64,000 bases of DNA from Bacteroidales bacterium (GCA_024762655.1 JANTHB010000005.1:403-64402); one strand, 5' to 3'; shown: positions 1-10,006, counted from the first letter of the stretch. Numbers and translations are program-made. Notes: generated by a model not told the origin, from the sequence alone.

Positions 1-1
1 A

Positions 2-1969
2 GAGAGCGGGTACAAAACGGTCCGGGGTTATGGCAATGTATATGTGGGAAACCAGGCCGGCCATGAGAACCAGACCGGTAATTATAATTCATTTCTGGGT
101 TATGAGGCCGGCTATAATAACCAGGCCGACTACAATTCTTTCTTCGGATATATGAGTGGATATAGCAATACCTCTGGTACTTTCAATGTTTTAACCGGAT
201 TTGCTTCAGGTTACAATAACACGGAAGGGAGTAATAATATTTTTATGGGAAACTGGGCCGGTTATTACAACCAGACCGGATCGAGCAATGTGATGATCGG
301 ATATCAGGTGGGGGTAATGAACAATGCTGATCAGAACGTCTTTCTCGGTTACAAAAGCGGATGGTATAATACCACGGGGATGAATAATGTTTTTATCGGT
401 TACAATGCAGGTGCAGCCGTAACACCTTCGGGAGCGGACGCCACGGGCAATGATAATGTGTTTATCGGTACGGAAAGCGGCAGAAGCAACACAACAGGAT
501 ATTCGAATATATTTATCGGGAGTGGCAGCGGTTTTGCTAACACAGAGGGTTACCTGAATACTTTTATAGGGACCCATAGCGGTTATTACAATACCGACGG
601 TCATTATAATGTGTTTGTGGGATACCTCGCAGGAGAGCATAATAATACAGGGACCTTTAACACTTTTCTGGGGTACCGGGCCGGCCGGATGAATAACACA
701 GGTGAATGGAACGTATTTGTAGGCTTCCAGGCAGGCTATTACAATACCATAGGTACGTATAATTCCTTTTTCGGGCCTAATAGTGGTTTTAACAATACCA
801 CCGGTTCCTTTAATTCCTATCTGGGGTATTGGAGCGGCTTTCACAACACCGTAGGAAACAACAATACCTATCTGGGATACCAGGCCGGATTTTCTTCGGA
901 TAATGCCAACGGGTCCAACAATGTTTTCATCGGGCTGAAAGCCGGATATTCGGACAATGCAGGCAGTGATAATGTTGCCATCGGAAACAATGCAGGCAGT
1001 GCAAACCAGAATGGAAACTACAATGTTTTTATCGGAACAGATGCCGGAAAAACCGCAGAAGCAAATTACAATACCTTTACCGGTTACAGAGCCGGAACCT
1101 CCACCACGACCGGGGGGTTCAATGCTTTTTATGGGTATGATGCCGGACGACTGAATACCACAGGGACGGAATGTGCTTATTTCGGGTATTCTGCAGGTTC
1201 CTATAATACAGGAACCGACAATACATATTTAGGCGGGGAAGCCGGGTACGATTCAGGTTCCGGTTCCGGAAACGTCTATATCGGCCTGGGTTCAGGCCGG
1301 GGCGCTAAAGGCAGCGGGAATGTTTTTATCGGCAGATATGCCGGATATCTGGAAGGAGGAAGTAATAAACTGGTGATTGAAAATAATTATTTGGAAACGG
1401 ATAATTATCATAATGCTTTGATTTATGGTGATTTCGAGAATAATTATTTGAAGTTTAACGGAACCTTAACCCTTGATGTTTCAAGAACCGGGTATGCAGC
1501 GGGATTTAATAATTCCGGAGGAACATTAAATAATTCTGGAATATATATTAAATCAGGGAGTAACGACGGTAGTGGTACGAATTATATGATAGGCTTTTTT
1601 GACGGAGGATCGCATTATCAGGGAGCTATTCAGTTGATAAACGGAACCTTATCACTTGTTCAGAATTCCGATAGAAGACTTAAAACCAACATTTCCAAAT
1701 CTAGTGTTAATGCCCTTAGTATCATTAATAAACTACAGGTTGTTAATTACAGTTTTAACCAGGTGCCGAATGTGAAGCATATCGGATATATTGCCCAGGA
1801 TGCCCGGAAAGTCTATCCTGATATGGTTGTTTATGATAAGAAAAATGACAGATACGGCGTGGCGTTAACGGAATTGATTCCATTACTGAACAAGGCCATT
1901 CAGGAGCAACAAAAAGAAATCGAACAACTGAAACAGGAAATTGAGAAGCTGAAAAAACAGCAGAAATAA
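2..1969 (+). CDS. Tail-fibre-like repeat protein with C-terminal peptidase S74 (intramolecular chaperone) domain; 5' end runs off the window
   Basis: The frame stays open back to position 2, and the upstream codons continue the repeat (..NVYVGNQAGH), so the listed start at 44 is internal. About 27 copies of a 16-17-aa N-x-F-x-G-Y-x-A-G-x-x-N-T-x-G repeat. The C-terminus (SDRRLKTNI...IGYIAQDARKVYPDMV...LIPLLNKAIQEQQKEIEQLK) looks like the S74 autoproteolytic chaperone followed by a coiled coil. Confidence 0.7.
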   Translation, partial: ESGYKTVRGYGNVYVGNQAGHENQTGNYNSFLGYEAGYNNQADYNSFFGYMSGYSNTSGTFNVLTGFASGYNNTEGSNNIFMGNWAGYYNQTGSSNVMIGYQVGVMNNADQNVFLGYKSGWYNTTGMNNVFIGYNAGAAVTPSGADATGNDNVFIGTESGRSNTTGYSNIFIGSGSGFANTEGYLNTFIGTHSGYYNTDGHYNVFVGYLAGEHNNTGTFNTFLGYRAGRMNNTGEWNVFVGFQAGYYNTIGTYNSFFGPNSGFNNTTGSFNSYLGYWSGFHNTVGNNNTYLGYQAGFSSDNANGSNNVFIGLKAGYSDNAGSDNVAIGNNAGSANQNGNYNVFIGTDAGKTAEANYNTFTGYRAGTSTTTGGFNAFYGYDAGRLNTTGTECAYFGYSAGSYNTGTDNTYLGGEAGYDSGSGSGNVYIGLGSGRGAKGSGNVFIGRYAGYLEGGSNKLVIENNYLETDNYHNALIYGDFENNYLKFNGTLTLDVSRTGYAAGFNNSGGTLNNSGIYIKSGSNDGSGTNYMIGFFDGGSHYQGAIQLINGTLSLVQNSDRRLKTNISKSSVNALSIINKLQVVNYSFNQVPNVKHIGYIAQDARKVYPDMVVYDKKNDRYGVALTELIPLLNKAIQEQQKEIEQLKQEIEKLKKQQK

Positions 1970-2027
1970 AAGGAGAGAGGTTTTGTGTTTTTCTGAAAAT
2001 AATGTAAATTGTAAAAAAATCGTACAA

Positions 2028-2540
2028 ATGAAGCAGATCATGAAAAAGATAATCGCAATATTCCTCCTGGTTTCCGGTGCCATGCTGGCACAGGGCCAGA
2101 TTCTTTCACCTACGGTTGTCTCTACGGCCGGAGGATACTTTGACAACGGTACGGTAAGCCTGTCATTTACAGTGGGCGAAGTGGCAGTGACCACCCTGAC
2201 GGGTGGCGATATGATCCTGACCCAGGGATTTCAACAGCCTTTTGAACTGGATGTAACGGGTGTGGACGACAACAAACCCGTCAACTGGTCGGTGAAGACA
2301 TACCCGAACCCTGTGCAGGATAATCTGAACATCCGTTTCACCATACGGAATCCACAGGATTTTACCGTAGTGATCATGGATATTACCGGGAAAAAGGTAC
2401 TTGTCAAAAAATATATGCAGGTACAGCCGGGTGAGGTGAAAGAGATTGACATGCAGAATTATCATGCAGGTATTTACATGATCTCGGTAATCAGCCGGGA
2501 CCAGAAAGTCAGAAGGGTATATAAGATCAGTAAGAAATAA
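2028..2540 (+). CDS. Small secreted protein with T9SS type-A C-terminal sorting domain
   Basis: The ATG at 2028 gives the signal peptide MKQIMKKIIAIFLLVSGAMLAQ. The C-terminal ~80 aa (KTYPNPVQDNLNIRF...ITGKKV...AGIYMISV...KISKK) fit the Por/T9SS CTD pattern. The listed start at 1983 is a non-ATG extension. Confidence 0.7.
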   Translation: MKQIMKKIIAIFLLVSGAMLAQGQILSPTVVSTAGGYFDNGTVSLSFTVGEVAVTTLTGGDMILTQGFQQPFELDVTGVDDNKPVNWSVKTYPNPVQDNLNIRFTIRNPQDFTVVIMDITGKKVLVKKYMQVQPGEVKEIDMQNYHAGIYMISVISRDQKVRRVYKISKK

Positions 2541-2827
2541 ACGGTTCTGACGATCATGATTTTTACTGAATGGGGGGCTTACAAAGTCTCCCGTTCGGTT
2601 TTCAAGCCTGCCGTATCAGGACAAAGAGGGCAGGATCCCTACGTAGGGCACTACGTAGAATATCCAAAAAAGACAGATACACTGGTAATTACAAGAACCA
2701 ATAAAACCGGGTTGTATAACCTGATGGGATACGGTTGGTTATATCTGCAATGCTGCCGGTAGGACTGCACCACGCTAACAGGTGTTTCCTCAGGACCACT
2801 GTACCGGTAAGCCGGAGGCAGCGTTGG

Positions 2828-3307
2828 TTAAGAAAGTTCCTTATCCTCCCTAGCGGAAATATATCCTGTATCTTCTTTCAGATGCTTCCCTTGGGAGGCC
2901 TTCACGGCCAGTTGATCACACCTTTCGTTTTCCGTCGTGTTGTTATGTCCTTTGATCCAAACCAGTTTAACATCATGCTTGCGGTAAAGCCCGAGGAACC
3001 GTTTCCAGAGATCCGGGTTCTTTTTCTTTTTGAATCCTTTTTGTTCCCACTGAAACACCCATCCCTTGTTTACGGCATCGGCCACATATTTTGAGTCGGT
3101 ATATATGGTTACACTACTTTTGGGGATTTTCAGGGCTTCCAGCGCCTTGATCACCGCCAGCAATTCCATCCTGTTATTGGTGGTGAGGCGGAATCCTTCA
3201 GAGAGTTCTTTACGGTGTTTGCCCGACATCAGAACAACCCCGTATCCGCCCGGCCCCGGATTGCCGCGAGCCGCTCCGTCGGTGTATATGATAATATCAG
3301 GGGGCAT
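2828..3307 (-). CDS. rnhA: Ribonuclease HI
   Basis: IYTDGAARGNPGPGGYGVVL..TNNRMELLAVIKALEAL..IYTDSKYV..WIKGH..NERCDQLA is the canonical RNase H1 fold with the DEDD residues. Confidence 0.9.
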   Translation of the reverse strand: MPPDIIIYTDGAARGNPGPGGYGVVLMSGKHRKELSEGFRLTTNNRMELLAVIKALEALKIPKSSVTIYTDSKYVADAVNKGWVFQWEQKGFKKKKNPDLWKRFLGLYRKHDVKLVWIKGHNNTTENERCDQLAVKASQGKHLKEDTGYISAREDKELS

Positions 3308-3881
3308 TGTTCAGATGGATTCCGGTGTTGCTGATAAACAGGCGGATGGCAATGGCCAGGAGGATAATGCCGAAGAATTTCTGCAGAATGTATAAGCCGG
3401 TGGGCCCCAGGATTTTTTCAAACCATCTTGTAGCTTTTAGGACCAGGTAAACGATGATCATATTCAGCAACAAGCCGATCAGAATGTTAATGGTGCTGTA
3501 ACTGGCCCGCAGCGAAAGCAGGGTGGTGATCGATCCGGCGCCGGCGATCAGGGGGAAGGCTATGGGGACGATGGATCCTCCGCCTTCGGCATCATGTTTA
3601 AAAAATGGAATTCCCAGAACCATTTCCAACGCCAGGAAAAGCAGCACGAAAGAGCCGGCGATGGCAAAAGAGGATATGTCCACGCCGAAAAACCCCAGGA
3701 GCGGCTCTCCGATCATCAGAAAAGCAAACATGATGATAAAAGACACCAGCGTGGCTTTCTCGGCCTCTATCTTTCCCACCTTGCTCTTGATATCTACAAT
3801 GATCGGTATCGAACCGGTGATGTCAATGACGGCAAACAACACCATGAAGGTAGCTAAGATCTCTTTAAGACTGATTTCCAT
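3297..3881 (-). CDS. MarC family (UPF0056) integral membrane protein
   Basis: 194 aa and about six TM segments, with a typical MarC N-terminus (FMVLFAVIDITGSIPI) and PIAFPLIAGAGSITT. Its 3' end overlaps the rnhA start by 11 nt. Confidence 0.8.
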   Translation of the reverse strand: MEISLKEILATFMVLFAVIDITGSIPIIVDIKSKVGKIEAEKATLVSFIIMFAFLMIGEPLLGFFGVDISSFAIAGSFVLLFLALEMVLGIPFFKHDAEGGGSIVPIAFPLIAGAGSITTLLSLRASYSTINILIGLLLNMIIVYLVLKATRWFEKILGPTGLYILQKFFGIILLAIAIRLFISNTGIHLNNAP

Positions 3882-3913
3882 ATAATAATATCTGAAAGGT
3901 ATCTAAGGTAATG

Positions 3914-3947
3914 CTGTCGGGCTGACTGCATGCAGGCAGCCCGACAG
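3914..3947. terminator. Strong hairpin between the S46 peptidase and MarC genes (terminator-like)
   Basis: Perfect 11-bp stem: CTGTCGGGCTG (3914-3924) pairs with CAGCCCGACAG (3937-3947). The loop contains the palindrome CTGCATGCAG. A T-run follows on the + strand only. Confidence 0.4.
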
Positions 3948-3956
3948 TTTGTTTTC

Positions 3957-6113
3957 CTATTCCATGATGGTCATTTCATCCACCAAATGACGGGCCCCGG
4001 AAAACTTATCCATAATGAAGAGTACATAACGGATATCCACGACGATACAGCGCTGCAGGCTGTTCTCGAAAGCGATGTCTCCGCTCATGGCTTCCCAGTT
4101 GCCGTCAAAAGCCAGTCCGATGAGTTCACCGTTGCCATTCATCACAGGACTGCCTGAATTGCCGCCCGTAATGTCATTATTGGTGATAAAACATACGTGC
4201 ATGATGCCGTCTTCCCCGTACCGGCCAAAATCTTTGGATTGATAGAGCTCTTTGAGCTTTTCAGGGACAATGAACTCGTAATTATCCGGATCTTCTTTTT
4301 CCATAACCCCTTTCAGAGTGGTGAAATATTTGTAGTGAACGGCATCCCGCGGTTCATAACCTTCCACCGTACCGTAAGTAAGACGCATGGTGAAGTTGGC
4401 ATCCGGATAAAAGATCTTATGGGGGAACATCTCCATCAGGCCGGCCATATACAGGCGGTGCCCTTTGCTGAGTTCTTCATCAAACTGAGACTCCTGGCTC
4501 ATGAGATAGAAATACTCGTTGATGATGGACTGGGCCGCATCGTAGGCCGGATCTTTTTGCAGGGTCTTGAGTTTGGGATTCTGCAGGAAAGCATCAAACC
4601 GCTGTTCATTGGTAAAGATTGATTTGGCAAACAGATGATCAATGTATTTATCGTAATGGCTTTTGTATTTCTTCCGGATCATTGCGAATATATCCGGCTG
4701 AAACTCCGGTTTGACGTTTTCGGCATATAATTTGAACATCGCTTTGGACGCCGCTTTGTCGGTGGGAGGGTTGTAATCTTTGAAAAATCCCTCGGCTGTC
4801 TTTTTTGCGGTTTCCACGGCTTTACTGATCTGTTGGGGATCGCCGGATTGCAGGGCTTTCTCCAGTCCACGGATGCGGTAGGCAAAAAGGATCACCTCGC
4901 TGCCCCGGATCAAAGCCTCGCTGAGGTACTGGGAGGCATAGCGGTAATCGGCCCTGCCTTCAATGGCATCTTTGATCAGGTCCAGTGCCTGACCGTATTT
5001 CTTTTCTCTTTCCGGATCCCGGGATACCCAGTTACGGAATTCTTTTTCCAGGGACAGTTTCTGGGCTTTCACATTGAGTTTCTTAAGATCCTGATTCTGA
5101 CCGATAGAAAATTTCCAGTAGTTGCTCGACATGGAATATTTTTCGGCATACTGGATCCTGACCTTTTCGCTGGCCATCATATCTTTCCAGAGGATTTCCT
5201 GGCGTGTACCCCTTATTTTAACCCGGTTAGGGTTGGTGATTTTCATCACCTCGTCGATCTCCCAGGAAGTCATGTAGCGGGTGGTTCCTCCGGGGTAGCC
5301 TATGACCATGGTGAAATCGCCGGGATGTACCCCCTTCAGGGAGACAGGCAGGTAATGCTTGGGCTTCAGGGGTACATTGTCGGGAGAATATTCGGCAGGC
5401 TTTCCGTCGGGTGACATATAGACACGGAAAACACTGAAGTCTCCGGTATGCCTGGGCCACATCCAGTTATCGGTGTCTCCGCCGTATTTTCCGATGGAAG
5501 AAGGCGGCGTTCCGACAAAACGGACATCCTTGTAAATCTCATAAACCAGAAGATAATACCGGTTGCCTGAAAAGAACGAACGGACGGAGGCCTGATAATC
5601 CGTACTGTCTGTCGCCTTTTTAACAATCTTTTTGCTGAGATCACTGATCACCTTTGTACGGGTGTCTTCGGACATGGTGTCGTTCAGCGCTGAAACGATC
5701 TGATCCGTAACATCTTCCATACGAACAAGAAAAGTAACCCGCAGCCCGGGATTTGGAAGTTCATCCTTTTGAGTGGGCGCCCAGAAACCGTCTTCCAGAT
5801 AATTATGTTCCGTAGAGCTGTGTTCCTGGATAGCTCCGTAGCCACAATGGTGGTTTGTCAGCAGGAGACCCTGGTCGGAGACGATCTCCCCGGTACATCC
5901 GCCGCCAAAAATGACAACGGCATCTTTCAGACTGGAATGGTTGATGCTGTAAATGTCTTCGGCAGACAGCTTAAGCCCCATACGGGTCATGGTGCCGATA
6001 TTCAGCTTTTCCAGCAAAGGCAAAAGCCACATCCCCTCATCGGCCCGGAGCAACGGACTGACCAGGAGAAATAATCCTAAAATTAATGTTCCTGTACGTT
6101 TCATAATGTGCAT
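3957..6113 (-). CDS. S46 family dipeptidyl-peptidase (DPP7/DPP11-like)
   Basis: A signal peptide is followed by the DEGMWL motif. TNHHCGY carries the catalytic His and GGNSGSPV the catalytic Ser. ~718 aa is typical for S46. Confidence 0.9.
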   Translation of the reverse strand: MHIMKRTGTLILGLFLLVSPLLRADEGMWLLPLLEKLNIGTMTRMGLKLSAEDIYSINHSSLKDAVVIFGGGCTGEIVSDQGLLLTNHHCGYGAIQEHSSTEHNYLEDGFWAPTQKDELPNPGLRVTFLVRMEDVTDQIVSALNDTMSEDTRTKVISDLSKKIVKKATDSTDYQASVRSFFSGNRYYLLVYEIYKDVRFVGTPPSSIGKYGGDTDNWMWPRHTGDFSVFRVYMSPDGKPAEYSPDNVPLKPKHYLPVSLKGVHPGDFTMVIGYPGGTTRYMTSWEIDEVMKITNPNRVKIRGTRQEILWKDMMASEKVRIQYAEKYSMSSNYWKFSIGQNQDLKKLNVKAQKLSLEKEFRNWVSRDPEREKKYGQALDLIKDAIEGRADYRYASQYLSEALIRGSEVILFAYRIRGLEKALQSGDPQQISKAVETAKKTAEGFFKDYNPPTDKAASKAMFKLYAENVKPEFQPDIFAMIRKKYKSHYDKYIDHLFAKSIFTNEQRFDAFLQNPKLKTLQKDPAYDAAQSIINEYFYLMSQESQFDEELSKGHRLYMAGLMEMFPHKIFYPDANFTMRLTYGTVEGYEPRDAVHYKYFTTLKGVMEKEDPDNYEFIVPEKLKELYQSKDFGRYGEDGIMHVCFITNNDITGGNSGSPVMNGNGELIGLAFDGNWEAMSGDIAFENSLQRCIVVDIRYVLFIMDKFSGARHLVDEMTIME

Positions 6114-6204
6114 GAGTTAAAATAGTATTTAGCTGTTGGTATTTATGTTATTCCGGCGGTAAAATAAGGAAAAATGAGTGAGTTTATTTGCATAACAGGC
6201 AATT

Positions 6205-6885
6205 TTATTTTTGTTTACGTTGTATGTTCTTAACCATATTTTTGAAGGGTATTTCCGTTTGTTCATCCGTCAGACGGAAAGAGCGGCGGTGATAAGGCGT
6301 TATGCCGTGTTCGCGGATGGCTTTGCGATGGCTTTTGGTAGGGTATCCTTTGTTCTTGTCCCACTGATAAACGGGATACGCCTTATGTAATCGAAGCATA
6401 TACTCGTCACGGTGGGTCTTGGCCAGGACAGAGGCAGCGGCAATGGACGCATATTTTCCGTCGCCTTTGATAATGCATGTATAAGGGATGGTCTCGTAAG
6501 GGATGAAGAACTTCCCGTCAACAAGCAGGAAATCCGGGGTCTTGCCCAGTTTGCGTACGGCTTCATGCATGGCGGCATACGACGCCCTGAATATGTTAAG
6601 CTTGTCAATCTGTGTGTTGTCAATCATAGCTACAGCCCAGGCCAGCGCCTGACGTTCAATCTCTGTTCGTAAAGCATCCCGTTTTTTTGCGGAGAGTTTT
6701 TTTGAGTCGTTCAGGCCCGGAAGATCAAAGTCCCGGGGCAGAATCACGGCGGCTGCCGCCACAGGCCCTGCCAGACAACCCCTGCCCGCTTCGTCCAGCC
6801 CTGCTTCTGTTTCCGGAGTATGAAAATAAGGCTCAAGCATGGTTGCTGAGGATTCATGGTTCGGGATTTGTGGTTCCGGATTCAT
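6205..6885 (-). CDS. rnhB: Ribonuclease HII
   Basis: GLDEAGRGCLAGPVAAAAV, DSKKLS and ASIAAASVLAK motifs. The true start may be the internal Met at 6840. Confidence 0.9.
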   Translation of the reverse strand: MNPEPQIPNHESSATMLEPYFHTPETEAGLDEAGRGCLAGPVAAAAVILPRDFDLPGLNDSKKLSAKKRDALRTEIERQALAWAVAMIDNTQIDKLNIFRASYAAMHEAVRKLGKTPDFLLVDGKFFIPYETIPYTCIIKGDGKYASIAAASVLAKTHRDEYMLRLHKAYPVYQWDKNKGYPTKSHRKAIREHGITPYHRRSFRLTDEQTEIPFKNMVKNIQRKQK

Positions 6886-6900
6886 AGTCAGTGGTGCATG

Positions 6901-8046
6901 TTAAGGATTGGTTCGTGTAGTTTTTTGTAGCGTTTCTTCCATTACCTTCCATACGGTGGCGGCGGTGTGATCCCAACTGAAAAGGGTTGCTCTCCGCGAG
7001 CCTTTTTCGATAAGTTGTTTCCGCAAGGAGCGGTCTTTTTGTATCCTCAGCATGGCCCGGCTGATGCTTTCTACAGAGAAAGGATCTACATAAAGGGCTG
7101 CATCCCCGCATACTTCGGGAATAGCCGCTGCCTGTGCGGCGATTACGGGAACGTTGCAGGCCATGGCTTCCACCGGAGGGATGCCGAAACCCTCAAAATA
7201 AGAGGCAAAAATCAAGGCATCGGCAGAACCCAGGATCCTGTGGGCTTCTCCGCGGGACAGGTTCCCGGCCATAATGACATCTGCCGTATATTTCATATTT
7301 TGCAGTGTCTTCTTTATCTCACTCATTCCAAACATGGGCCGGCCGGCGATCACCAGCTTACAGGGGCCGGATGAAGAGGCCCGAAACAGGTCGAAAGCCT
7401 GAAGGAGCCGGGGTATGTTTTTACGGGGCAGCAAAGATCCTATATGGACAAAATAAGGATCACCATACGAAAATTGTTTCCTGGTTTCTTCCTTCGTTTT
7501 TTCGGAGAGCGGGCTGAAAACTTCATGAATTCCGTTCCAGGCTACACTGATCTTTTCAGGAGGGATCCCGAACTGCCGGGTGATATCTTGTTTTGAAAAT
7601 TCCGAAACGGTGAGGATCTGAGCCGCTTTTTCTGCAAACCGGGGGAAATAACGGCGATAATACCGGCTGACACTTTTGGGAAGCTCTCCGGGATAATGCA
7701 TAAAGTTCAGGTCGTGAATGACCGGGATAGACGGGATCCCGGCGTGAAGGGGGATAAAACCGTCCGGCGAAAAAAACAGGTCGAAGGGATGTTTTTTCAG
7801 GTATCTCGTTAAGCTATGCTGAAACCAGATGTGCCACAGGACCGGGTGCCGGGCTGGCGGACGCAGGACCACAGCATGGACATTATCGGAAAAAAGAAAT
7901 TCGGGCGCATACGGCCGGTCAAAGAAAAAACAGAAAGTGTGTTCAGGATGATCCCGGGCAAGACGGCGAACCACTTCAAAACTATACCAACCGATGCCAT
8001 CCAGCTTGCCGGGGATCAAAAAACGGGTATTTAGGGCAATATTCAT
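6901..8046 (-). CDS. Glycosyltransferase family 4 (GT-B, group 1)
   Basis: 381 aa. The C-terminal half carries the EGFGIPPVEAMACNVPVI (E-x7-E-like) GT1/GT4 signature. Confidence 0.8.
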   Translation of the reverse strand: MNIALNTRFLIPGKLDGIGWYSFEVVRRLARDHPEHTFCFFFDRPYAPEFLFSDNVHAVVLRPPARHPVLWHIWFQHSLTRYLKKHPFDLFFSPDGFIPLHAGIPSIPVIHDLNFMHYPGELPKSVSRYYRRYFPRFAEKAAQILTVSEFSKQDITRQFGIPPEKISVAWNGIHEVFSPLSEKTKEETRKQFSYGDPYFVHIGSLLPRKNIPRLLQAFDLFRASSSGPCKLVIAGRPMFGMSEIKKTLQNMKYTADVIMAGNLSRGEAHRILGSADALIFASYFEGFGIPPVEAMACNVPVIAAQAAAIPEVCGDAALYVDPFSVESISRAMLRIQKDRSLRKQLIEKGSRRATLFSWDHTAATVWKVMEETLQKTTRTNP

Positions 8047-8077
8047 GAAAGGCTCTTTTCTGTTTACAGGGCTTTAT

Positions 8078-8085
8078 TACTTTTG
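8078..8085 (+). promoter_or_regulatory. Bacteroidota -7 promoter box TACTTTTG upstream of the flippase gene
   Basis: Exact TAnnTTTG match 28 nt upstream of the TTG start at 8113. Confidence 0.55.
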
Positions 8086-8112
8086 CATGTAAAATAAACC
8101 AAAATATCAGGA

Positions 8113-9558
8113 TTGAAAAAAAAGTTTTTTTCGAATCTTATTTTACTGGTTTCATTAAACCTGGTGGTCAAACCTTTCTGGATATTCGGAATCGACCGCA
8201 CGGTTCAGAATGTTACGGGATCGGAGGCGTATGGGTTTTATTTTTCCCTGTTCAGCTTTTCCCTTTTGCTGAATATTTTACTGGATGCCGGGACCACCAA
8301 TTACAATAACCGGGTTATCTCGCGTGAACCTGAGAAACTGTCTGTATGGTTTTCCCAGTTGTTTCTGATCCGGTTGCTGTTGGCGGTAGTTTATGTCCTG
8401 GTCTCTGTGGGTCTTGCCATAGTACTGGGATATTCGCCCCGTCAGCTGCACCTGCTGTGGTTCCTGATATTGAACCAGTTTCTGGCTTCTCTTATCTTGT
8501 TTTTCCGTTCCAATATTACAGGGCTTCATCTATTTAAAACAGATAGTGTGCTATCCGTCGCCGACCGCATACTGATGATTCTTCTGGTAGGCATTGTATT
8601 ATGGGGGCATGTGACCGACGAGCCTTTCCGGATAGAGTGGTATGTCTATCTGCAGTCGCTGGCATATGGGCTGGTTGCCGTGGGGGCGTTTGTTCTGGTG
8701 CTCACCAAAACATCCTTTTTCCGTCCCCGTTTTGATAAGGTTTTTTTCTTCAGGATCCTTCGCGAGAGTTTTCCTTTTGCCATGCTCACCCTCTTAATGG
8801 CTTTGTACTACCGGGTTGATTCGGTCATGCTGGAGCGTATGTTGCCGGACGGGGCCCGCCAGGCGGGGATATACGCACAGGCTTTCAGATTGTTGGATGC
8901 TTTTGTTATGTATGCGTACCTTTTTTCCGTAATCTTACTGCCTTTATTTTCCAGGATGATCAAAGAAGATAAGCCCGTAACCGGGCTGGTAAAGTTTGCT
9001 TTTCTGCTTATGATGATCCCGGTGCTGATCCTGGGCATAACCACCATCATTTACCGGGATCCGGTGATGCATCTTCTCTACCTGAGTTGCACAGAGGCTT
9101 CCTCCGGTGTATTGGGTTTATTGATGGGGGCCCTGATCTTCGCCTCTTCCGGATATTTGTTCGGAACGTTGCTTACGGCCCGTGGAGATATCAAACCTTT
9201 AAGCCGGTTGGCGGCAGGAGGATTTTTGTTGAATATTTTTTTGAATTTTATCCTCATACCCCGTTTTCAGACTCTCGGCGCTGCCTGGGCCAGTCTGGTT
9301 ACCCAGGCAGGAATTGGAATGGTACAGATTCTGATGGTCAGCCGCCGGTTCCGGATACCCTTAAGCCGTATGGTCCCGTTTCAGACCTATATTTTTGCCG
9401 GGATGATTACACTTACCGGCCTGATCTTATATGGCTCGGGATTGAATCCCCTGACCGGTTACCTCGTTCAGATTTCGCTATCCCTGCTGCTGGCAGTGAT
9501 GATAAAACTTATCCCGCTGAGACAGATGATTTCCATCCTTGTTTCCGAGGAAGAGTAA
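8113..9558 (+). CDS. Polysaccharide biosynthesis / MOP-superfamily flippase (Wzx-like)
   Basis: 481 aa and about 12-14 TM helices. It is divergent from a GT4 gene. It uses a TTG start, and there is no in-frame ATG near the 5' end. Confidence 0.65.
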   Translation: MKKKFFSNLILLVSLNLVVKPFWIFGIDRTVQNVTGSEAYGFYFSLFSFSLLLNILLDAGTTNYNNRVISREPEKLSVWFSQLFLIRLLLAVVYVLVSVGLAIVLGYSPRQLHLLWFLILNQFLASLILFFRSNITGLHLFKTDSVLSVADRILMILLVGIVLWGHVTDEPFRIEWYVYLQSLAYGLVAVGAFVLVLTKTSFFRPRFDKVFFFRILRESFPFAMLTLLMALYYRVDSVMLERMLPDGARQAGIYAQAFRLLDAFVMYAYLFSVILLPLFSRMIKEDKPVTGLVKFAFLLMMIPVLILGITTIIYRDPVMHLLYLSCTEASSGVLGLLMGALIFASSGYLFGTLLTARGDIKPLSRLAAGGFLLNIFLNFILIPRFQTLGAAWASLVTQAGIGMVQILMVSRRFRIPLSRMVPFQTYIFAGMITLTGLILYGSGLNPLTGYLVQISLSLLLAVMIKLIPLRQMISILVSEEE

Positions 9559-9562
9559 GGGG

Positions 9563-10006
9563 TTATAACTCCGTTTTCCCGTTCTTCTGCAGTTTCCCTT
9601 TTGTGGCTAATCCCCAGAGCAACCCCGCCAGAAAAACACCTGTAATAACTCCCAGCGTATTGGAGAGCATATCCATATAGGAAAAGGATCGGCCGGGAAT
9701 CAGAAGTTGGTGATATTCATCCCCTACTGCAATGGCAATACCTATAACCAGCGTGTAAAAAATTATTTTCCGGAGGAATGAAGGAGCTTTTTTGAACTGC
9801 CAGGAGACCATTAGAAATGCAAGGGTCATGTACTGAAACCAATGTATCAGATGATCCACCCGTATCTCGCGTCCGGAAACCGTAACATCCGGATTGGGCA
9901 AATCGGGGAGTGAAGAGACAAAAAGGATCAGGGAAAGCCAGATCCAGAAAAAATTCCGGTAATAACGGGCATCTCGTGATATGAAATATAAAAAAAGTTT
10001 TGCCAT
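9563..10006 (-). CDS. VanZ family membrane protein
   Basis: 147 aa, four TM segments, with a GDEYHQLLIPGRSFSYMDMLSNTLGV VanZ-like motif. Confidence 0.65.
   Translation of the reverse strand: MAKLFLYFISRDARYYRNFFWIWLSLILFVSSLPDLPNPDVTVSGREIRVDHLIHWFQYMTLAFLMVSWQFKKAPSFLRKIIFYTLVIGIAIAVGDEYHQLLIPGRSFSYMDMLSNTLGVITGVFLAGLLWGLATKGKLQKNGKTEL

Noticed and set aside
2-2540. Prophage or tailocin remnant, suggested by the tail-fibre/S74 domain.
   Set aside because: No other phage-like genes (baseplate, sheath, integrase, lysis) occur in the adjacent 10 kb inside the window. S74-domain fibre proteins are common stand-alone surface proteins in Bacteroidota. The upstream side is not visible, so this stays open.
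2639-2658. The 8-bp palindrome CTACGTAG occurs twice, 12 nt apart, in the convergent spacer after the T9SS cargo gene. The 68-aa ORF at 2556-2762 covers it.
   Set aside because: The motif is too short to separate from chance, and no regulated gene lies downstream. The ORF has no start context or motif.
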